From Bacteroidota bacterium (GTDB taxonomy: Bacteria; Bacteroidota; Bacteroidia; UKL13-3), in NCBI GenBank assembly GCA_046314755.1, contig JBKDBG010000105.1, positions 1-57,314 on the forward strand: a DNA stretch of 57,314 nt, given 5' to 3'. Each line of letters starts with the position of its first letter. Within the stretch, counting starts at the first letter, position 1. Both the position numbers and the translations under genes were made by a program. The notes under the pieces were generated by a model, which did not search any database, was not told the origin of the DNA, and worked only from the letters and a program-made list of their open reading frames with translations. Of this stretch, positions 51,743-57,314 are shown piece after piece.

Positions 51743-51750
51743 CAAAGGTA
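51743..51750 (-). promoter_or_regulatory. -7 promoter box (TACCTTTG)
   Basis: TAnnTTTG 4 nt before ATG 51738. Confidence 0.6.
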
Positions 51751-51780
51751 TGATACATTTTCAGGTAGTTGGAATAAAAA

Positions 51781-52518
51781 TTATAAACCTCGGCTTTCTC
51801 CCGTTTCAACCCGTTTCTGACGTTCTTGTTCAAACCAGTTTTCAAATGCCGTGGCTGCCTCTTCGGTAAAGTGGCTTAAATTAAAACGCGTGTACTTGAT
51901 ATTTTTACCTTTTGCCATAAACAGGTTTTCATAATGGGTGCGCACATTTTTAAGTAGGCTGTCGGCATTCGGATTTGCATGTACATTTTGATCAATTATT
52001 TCAGGGGTAATTTGTAAATGCTCCAATTGAAGCAACGTAAAATCAAATAACTCATCGCTATCTGTTTTGAAATTAATTGCTCCGCCCGGCTTAAGAATTT
52101 TTTGATACAAACGCAAAAAGCGTGTATGTGTTAAACGATGTTTGGCACTGCGCATTCTTGGAAAAGGGTCAGGAAAGGTAATCCATATTTCATCTACTTC
52201 TCCGGCATCAAACAACACATCAATTTTGTGCATCACCGCACGCATAAAAGCAACATTACTCATGTTATTGTCGATCGCTTTTTGTGCACCAACCCACATC
52301 CGATTGCTTTTGATGTCAATGCCGATAAAGTTTTTATTGGGGAAGTTTTGGGCCAATGCAACCGAATATTCACCTTTACCGCAACCCAGTTCTAATACAA
52401 TAGGGTTATTGTTATGAAACACTTCTTGCTTCCATTTGCCTTTTAAATCATAGGCAAAATCAAAGGTGTTTGAAAAATTTGCAAAGGCTTCAAATCGTTG
52501 TAATTTCTTCTTTCCCAT
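51781..52518 (-). CDS. trmB: tRNA (guanine-N7)-methyltransferase
   Basis: LELGCGKGEY, FIGIDIK, IWITFPDP, HRLT, FKTD, T.YE. Confidence 0.96.
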   Translation of the reverse strand: MGKKKLQRFEAFANFSNTFDFAYDLKGKWKQEVFHNNNPIVLELGCGKGEYSVALAQNFPNKNFIGIDIKSNRMWVGAQKAIDNNMSNVAFMRAVMHKIDVLFDAGEVDEIWITFPDPFPRMRSAKHRLTHTRFLRLYQKILKPGGAINFKTDSDELFDFTLLQLEHLQITPEIIDQNVHANPNADSLLKNVRTHYENLFMAKGKNIKYTRFNLSHFTEEAATAFENWFEQERQKRVETGESRGL

Positions 52519-52655
52519 ACCGTATTAAGGCAAAAATAAGCGGCCGCGAAAGTAGGATAATTACTTAAAAATCAAAGTATAGTTGAAAGAAAAATCATTG
52601 CTTCATATACATTTGGAAGCGCAATGGAATTAGGCGTTTATGGGCTTTTAAAAGA

Positions 52656-52804
52656 TTTTGTAGTCTCGACAGGAATCGATCCCGCTTGAGGCGGGACAAA
52701 AGTTTAGGAAAGCAAAAAAGGTGAGAATATTTTGTAGTCTCGACAGGAATCGATCCCGCTTGAGGCGGGACAAAAGTTTAGGGAAACAAAAAAAGGTGAG
52801 AATG
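52656..52804 (-). repeat. Two tandem 74/75-nt units: tRNA-Arg 3' half interrupted by a 17-nt palindrome, plus trailer
   Basis: Units 52656-52729 and 52730-52804 each read ttttgtagtctcgacaggaatcga-TCCCGCTTGAGGCGGGA-caaaagtttagg... versus tRNA ttttgtagtctcgacaggaatcga-acctgtat-caaatgtttagg. Confidence 0.95.
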
Positions 52805-52809
52805 TTTTG

Positions 52810-52881
52810 TAGTCTCGACAGGAATCGAACCTGTATCAAATGTTTAGGAAACATCTATTCTATCCATTGAACTACGAGACC
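52810..52881 (-). tRNA. tRNA-Arg(CCT)
   Basis: GGTCTCGTAGTTCAATGGATAGAATAGATGTTTCCTAAACATTTGATACAGGTTCGATTCCTGTCGAGACTA: acceptor GGTCTCG/CGAGACT, anticodon loop TTCCTAA, T arm ACAGG-TTCGATT-CCTGT; CCA not encoded. Confidence 0.96.
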
Positions 52882-52889
52882 ATTTTGTG

Positions 52890-52933
52890 TCTATTCTATC
52901 CTCCCGATAGCTATCGGGAGAACTACGAGACCA
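52890..52933 (-). repeat. tRNA-Arg 5' fragment with an 18-nt perfect palindrome in the D-loop
   Basis: tctattctatcc-TCCCGATAGCTATCGGGA-gaactacgagacca versus tRNA tctattctatcc-att-gaactacgagacca. Confidence 0.95.
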
Positions 52934-53142
52934 ATTGTTTTTTCGAGGTGCAATTTAAATTTTATTCTATCAGGAATAAAAATCATTCGTAAAAAAATTG
53001 ATGTAATTTTATGAATAAGGTAAAACCAATCGGGTTGTTTTAAGAAGATAGCGTGTGCCATTTGCCATAAAAGTATCAATAAGAACTTTAATTATATTGC
53101 TAATTATATTGTTTTGATTGCATGGCAATAAGAATGCAATAA

Positions 53143-53215
53143 CGACAGGAATCGATCCCGCTTAGGGCGGGACTATTCTATCCTCCCGATAGCTATCGGG
53201 AGAACCACGAGACCA
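53143..53215 (-). pseudogene. tRNA-Arg pseudogene carrying both palindromes, anticodon arm deleted
   Basis: cgacaggaatcga-TCCCGCTTAGGGCGGGA-ctattctatcc-TCCCGATAGCTATCGGGA-gaaccacgagacca. Confidence 0.9.
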
Positions 53216-53318
53216 ATTTGCAGTTGGTTGAAGGCTGTGCTTTTCCCAACTGCAAATAAAGTACTCTTTTGTGCGATTTAAAAGTTGATGTTAAAAAAAA
53301 TGGAATTGCGGTATTGGT

Positions 53319-53834
53319 TTATTCATGTCCGGAACTGTCATGGGTGTGATGTGTCGTAGAGTCATGCTGTTCTATCATTTTTTGTGAATAGCCTTGGTCA
53401 TCTCCATGGCCAAATAAATATTTAATAGGATTGTGTGGAAGGGTTCCAATCAGCAGTAAAAAATACAAAAGGAAGGAAGTAAAGTACTGACGAGAAACCG
53501 CAAACGATGATTTTTGGGTAATCATTAAAACAGGAATGATAATCGCGATGAAGTACCCGAGTAGCATCATCATATTCCCACCCGGCCAATGGAACAGTTT
53601 AAAGGTTAAGGCAACAATGTAAATAATCAACCCAATGATGAGTGTGTAATTGAGCGATTTTGACATGCCCGTTTCATTTGCTTCATTCATTCCATAAATT
53701 ACTACAGAACTTAACATGCCGCTAATCCCAATGAGCAGGATAATATTTGCTCCCGGATAATGGGCGTTCTTAAAAATAATTCCAATCAGAATCAAAACAT
53801 AAGTGATGGTGTTGAGGATGTTTAGTGTTTTCAT
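53319..53834 (-). CDS. Membrane protein with two GldL-N-terminal-like motifs
   Basis: FKNAHYPGANIILLIG and FKLFHWPGGNMMMLLG repeats, about five TMs, His-rich C-terminal tail. Confidence 0.75.
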   Translation of the reverse strand: MKTLNILNTITYVLILIGIIFKNAHYPGANIILLIGISGMLSSVVIYGMNEANETGMSKSLNYTLIIGLIIYIVALTFKLFHWPGGNMMMLLGYFIAIIIPVLMITQKSSFAVSRQYFTSFLLYFLLLIGTLPHNPIKYLFGHGDDQGYSQKMIEQHDSTTHHTHDSSGHE

Positions 53835-54133
53835 AAAATTGTGGTTAAAATTATCTACTCACTAAGGCTTTTCGAATACTCCAAGTCATTCAATCTTAAA
53901 TAACTTAAAATTTAAATTATTATTTCAGTTTGAAAATTGAAAATATTGTGTGTAAGTAATATTGATTTTTAAAAAATTATTGATGTACATCAAATAATAA
54001 GGCTCTTTCAATATGTATTTTGGCCACGTTGTAAGTATTTGTTGAAGAACAAATTTTAATGAAGTATTTTGAAGTAAACTATTATCTTCAAATTATTAAT
54101 CTTACGATATCCTATTTTCTAATTGCAAATATT

Positions 54134-54691
54134 ATGTATAGACGTATCAACTTTTTATTTAAAGTAATAGTAATACTTCCCTTACTATTTATTACAAGCA
54201 CCTGCTCACATAAGCACAAAGGCTTGGTAAAAATAAAGGTGAACAAGGAAAAAGAGCACGGGGTTGTGTTATTGCACACACCGCAGCCAATTTTAATTGA
54301 AAAATTGGAATCGCGTAAGGTTTTTCCAATGATCATGGATAAGCAAAAGGTAGTTCATACATCATCATCTTCTATTAATAACAGTAAGGTTTATTTCTCG
54401 CATCAAGCAACAAAAGTGTTCGCATTAAACGACAGCATAAGGCCAAACCAAAGCATACCACCTCCTGATGAGGAAAAACAACCCTCAAACAGTCGAGGTA
54501 CAAGTGCAGGTTTAATTGTATTCGTTATTGGGGCATTATTGGCAATACTTGGAACGGTAATGGTGAATGCCGTCCAAGATTCTAATAGTATCAATTCAAC
54601 TACTGTTTATAATGGTTGTTTAGGGATGATCTTGCTTATTTCAGGCGTAACAACTTCACTGGTGGGATTAATACTTGCTTTGGTGCTTTAG
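54134..54691 (+). CDS. Hypothetical membrane protein (possible lipoprotein signal, two C-terminal TMs)
   Basis: ORF 54059..54691, start more plausibly ATG 54134; hydrophobic N-terminus ending TSTC; AT-rich. Confidence 0.6.
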   Translation: MYRRINFLFKVIVILPLLFITSTCSHKHKGLVKIKVNKEKEHGVVLLHTPQPILIEKLESRKVFPMIMDKQKVVHTSSSSINNSKVYFSHQATKVFALNDSIRPNQSIPPPDEEKQPSNSRGTSAGLIVFVIGALLAILGTVMVNAVQDSNSINSTTVYNGCLGMILLISGVTTSLVGLILALVL

Positions 54692-54716
54692 TTTTTCGTG
54701 AGTAGCAGCGTAATCT

Positions 54717-55364
54717 TTACTTTTTCCTGCACAAGGTAAGTCCGTCTCTAATAGGCAAAAGTATTTTTTCTATTCGTTCGTCTTGTGCAATGTGTCGGTT
54801 AAACGCATCTAATGATTGGGTGTCTTTATCTTTTTGTAATGCTGTTTCATCAACAACTTTTCCGCTCCACAAAACATTATCAATAAGGATGTATCCTCCC
54901 TGTTTAAGCAAAGGCAACACCTGTTCGTAATACTTTAAATAATTTTGTTTGTCGGCATCAATAAAAACCAAGTCAAATCCCGGGGACAGTGTTTTAATAA
55001 TGTTGTAGGCATCTCCAACAATAAATTGAATTTTTCCTTCACATCCGGCCTCTTTTATAAAACGATAAATGTGGTCTTCTTGCTCGGGATTAATATCAAT
55101 GGTAATAAGCTTACCTTTTTCGGATAATCCTTCAGCTAAACAAATGGCGGAGTAGCCGGTGTAGGTGCCAATTTCTAAAACATAATTTGGTTTAATCATG
55201 TGGCTGATAAAGCTGAGTACTCTCCCTTGAAAGTGGCCGCTGAGCATACGTGGCTGAAGCACATTGGCATGGGTATGCCGGCTTAATTTTTGTAAGATTA
55301 AAGGTTCATTCGAGCTATGTTGCTCACAATAATTTTGGATGGATTCATCAATAATATTAAACAT
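54717..55364 (-). CDS. O-methyltransferase (caffeoyl-CoA OMT/YrrM-like family)
   Basis: MLSGHFQG, LEIGTYTGYSA, DLVFIDADK.NY, DNVLWSGKV, LPIRDGL. Confidence 0.92.
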   Translation of the reverse strand: MFNIIDESIQNYCEQHSSNEPLILQKLSRHTHANVLQPRMLSGHFQGRVLSFISHMIKPNYVLEIGTYTGYSAICLAEGLSEKGKLITIDINPEQEDHIYRFIKEAGCEGKIQFIVGDAYNIIKTLSPGFDLVFIDADKQNYLKYYEQVLPLLKQGGYILIDNVLWSGKVVDETALQKDKDTQSLDAFNRHIAQDERIEKILLPIRDGLTLCRKK

Positions 55365-55713
55365 GTTTCCCTTTTTTAATACTCACAAAATAAACGATTA
55401 CACAACCTAAGATGTTTGCTGTCATATCAAAGTAGTCATAGGTTCGGCCAACAAAAAACCACTTTTGCATGAATTCAATACCCGCCCCGTAACCTGCACA
55501 TGCCAAACAAATCAACAGCAATTTATTTTGAGTAATAGATTTTGGTGATGCTTTAATCCATAACCAAGCTTGCATGCCGAATAAAAACGCATGAATGGGT
55601 TTGTCATAACCGAATAAATCTTCCAGGCGTAGTTTTGCCAATGTACCGGGATTTGCTCCGCAGGCAAATAGAATAAACAGCGACCAAAGTATAACATATC
55701 GATATTTGTACAT
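55357..55713 (-). CDS. VanZ-family membrane protein
   Basis: DKPIHAFLF, YGAGIEFMQ, GRT.D.FD..AN.LG; ATG 55713 downstream of the pgk terminator. Confidence 0.85.
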   Translation of the reverse strand: MYKYRYVILWSLFILFACGANPGTLAKLRLEDLFGYDKPIHAFLFGMQAWLWIKASPKSITQNKLLLICLACAGYGAGIEFMQKWFFVGRTYDYFDMTANILGCVIVYFVSIKKGKHV

Positions 55714-55735
55714 CACCAATTGTGCTTCGTAAACA

Positions 55736-55764
55736 AAAGGCCGCTTGTTTTTGAGGCGGCCTTT
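55736..55764 (-). terminator. Intrinsic terminator after pgk
   Basis: Minus strand AAAGGCCGCC-loop-AGCGGCCTTT followed by TGTTT. Confidence 0.7.
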
Positions 55765-55785
55765 ATATTCAATCATGTTGAATGA

Positions 55786-57000
55786 TTATTCGTTAATTGC
55801 TTTTATGCCCGGTAATTCTTTTCCTTCAAAATATTCTAGCAAGGCTCCTCCTCCGGTACTTACATAACTCACTTCGTTTTCAAAACCAAACTTTGCAACA
55901 GCAGCAGCACTGTCACCGCCTCCAATTAAACTAAATGCACCGTTTTTTGTGGCTTCGGCAACAGCAATGGCTACTTGTTTGGTTCCATTTTCATAATTGC
56001 TCATTTCAAATACACCCATAGGCCCATTCCACAAAATAGTTTTAGATTGTTTAATAACCGATGCATAGTCTACCGCAGCAATTGGTCCAATATCTAATCC
56101 CATCCAACCTGCTTCAATATTTTTGTTATCGCAAATTTTATGGTTGGCTTCGTTGCTAAATGCATCTGCAACTACGCTATCAACAGGAAGCATGAGGTTA
56201 ACGCCTTTGCTTTTTGCTTTTGCCAATAAATCTAAGCACAATTGTAAACGATCATCTTCACATAAGCTCGATCCGATTTCATAGCCCATGGCTTTTAAAA
56301 AGGTGTAGGCCATACCACCGCCAATAATTAGGTTGTCTACGCGGTCAATCAGGTTTTCAAGTATCAATAACTTATCACTCACTTTTGCTCCGCCTGTAAT
56401 TGCCGTAAATGGCCGTTCCGCTAGCTTCATCACTTTTTCGGCATTGGCAACCTCTTTGGCCATTACATAACCAAAACATTTTGCTTCAGGAAAAAATTGA
56501 GCAATTACGGCCGTGCTTGCATGTGCACGGTGTGCAGTGCCAAAAGCATCATTAACATACACATTACCTAGTTTGCTCAATTTTTCTGCAAAGCTTGCAT
56601 CACCTTTTTCTTCTTCTTTATAAAAACGTAAATTCTCCAATAGCAATACTTGGCCCGGTTGCAGATTTTCGGCCATTAATTTTGCTTCCTCACCAATACA
56701 ATCCGTTGCAAACAGAACATCAACACCTAATAACTCTGCTGTTTTTGCTACAGTATGTTTTAGGGTGTGTTTTTCAAAATCAACACTGCCGTCTTCTTTT
56801 AATTTTTTTAGCGGGCGACCTAAATGGCTCATTAATATGCAACTTCCACCATCCGAAAGTATTTTTTTTAAGGTTGGAATAGTGGCTCTAATACGCGCAT
56901 CATCGGTTATGGCGAAGGTTTTTTTATCTAAAGGCACATTAAAATCAACACGAACCAATGCTTTTTTTCCTGAAAAATTAATGCTGTCTACTGTTTTCAT
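55786..57000 (-). CDS. pgk: Phosphoglycerate kinase
   Basis: [70 protein letters not shown]. Confidence 0.99.
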   Translation of the reverse strand: MKTVDSINFSGKKALVRVDFNVPLDKKTFAITDDARIRATIPTLKKILSDGGSCILMSHLGRPLKKLKEDGSVDFEKHTLKHTVAKTAELLGVDVLFATDCIGEEAKLMAENLQPGQVLLLENLRFYKEEEKGDASFAEKLSKLGNVYVNDAFGTAHRAHASTAVIAQFFPEAKCFGYVMAKEVANAEKVMKLAERPFTAITGGAKVSDKLLILENLIDRVDNLIIGGGMAYTFLKAMGYEIGSSLCEDDRLQLCLDLLAKAKSKGVNLMLPVDSVVADAFSNEANHKICDNKNIEAGWMGLDIGPIAAVDYASVIKQSKTILWNGPMGVFEMSNYENGTKQVAIAVAEATKNGAFSLIGGGDSAAAVAKFGFENEVSYVSTGGGALLEYFEGKELPGIKAINE

Positions 57001-57100
57001 TAATAGTGAATTAAGTTTTTGATAAAGGATAAACTCGAACTGAGTTGTGGCAAAAATAGTTTTTTGTACGTAGATTGTAATTGATTTTTATTGGTAGAAT

Positions 57101-57314
57101 ATGAAAATAAAGCTTCTTCTCATATTGTTTTTTGTTGCAGCAGTTACCTTTTTTTCTTGCACGGATAATAAGGAGCAAGCCCTTGCGCGCAGATGGAGGG
57201 TAGGTGATGTACGATTTACAGACGACAAAAAATCAACCGTTAAGAGTGATGCCATGCAAGGGAATATGATACAAATTCAACGTGCGGTTTTGAAAGATGT
57301 GTTGGTGATAAATT
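57101..57314 (+). CDS. Hypothetical lipoprotein (5' part; runs off window end)
   Basis: Manual translation MKIKLLLILFFVAAVTFFSC-TDNKEQALARRWRVGDV...; lipobox Cys, frame open to the window end. Confidence 0.7.
   Translation, partial: MKIKLLLILFFVAAVTFFSCTDNKEQALARRWRVGDVRFTDDKKSTVKSDAMQGNMIQIQRAVLKDVLVIN

Noticed and set aside
52648-52854. 68-aa ORF with internal repeat
   Set aside because: It is a translation of the tRNA and its tandem 3'-half repeats.
52656-52881. Possible CRISPR array (24-nt repeat recurring three times at about 75-nt period)
   Set aside because: The repeat is the tRNA 3' end, the two 'spacers' are nearly identical to each other, and no cas genes are present.
52890-52933. 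tRNA intron or split tRNA
   Set aside because: An intact copy is adjacent; the inserts replace tRNA bases rather than interrupting cleanly, and they are far too short for bacterial group I/II introns.
52891-53079. 62-aa ORF ending LPIAIGRIE
   Set aside because: The C-terminus is the translated palindrome/tRNA fragment; the rest is AT-rich intergenic sequence with no coding support.
55751-55759. TTGAGGCGG matching part of the type A palindrome
   Set aside because: Only 9 nt, lacks the TCCCG/CGGGA ends and is part of an ordinary terminator.
55714-55776. N-terminal extension of the VanZ ORF
   Set aside because: It spans the pgk terminator hairpin; ATG 55713 gives a normal VanZ N-terminus.
1028-57022. 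Numerous 60-165 aa ORFs antisense to or nested in long genes (e.g. 21570-22067, 30258-30572, 47642-47998)
   Set aside because: They overlap well-supported genes and show no motifs; treated as shadow ORFs.

Overview
Gene-dense, AT-rich chromosomal segment of a Bacteroidota bacterium. The phylum call rests on TAnnTTTG -7 promoter boxes, T9SS C-terminal sorting domains and the conserved flippase-dut-nucleotidyltransferase-TPR-DUF4292-M23 operon. Housekeeping genes: purQ (5' part), xth, dut, prfC, sucA, menE-like, trmB, pgk and tRNA-Arg(CCT). Accessory content: two T9SS-secreted large proteins, two two-component systems, an AT-rich pair of orphan secreted proteins, and a UbiA prenyltransferase + type III PKS + methyltransferase + FAD oxidoreductase cluster followed by SDR, flavin reductase and an FeS-type photolyase. 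Most unusual: tRNA-Arg is surrounded by four partial copies of itself, each interrupted at a fixed tRNA position (D-loop, or next to the T-loop) by 17-18 nt TCCCG...CGGGA palindromes. Also notable: a Fic-fold protein with a degenerate active site, and many genes whose -7 box sits 4-5 nt before the ATG (probable leaderless mRNAs). No CRISPR array, cas genes, integrase or transposase seen. All family calls are by eye from motifs; no database search was run.
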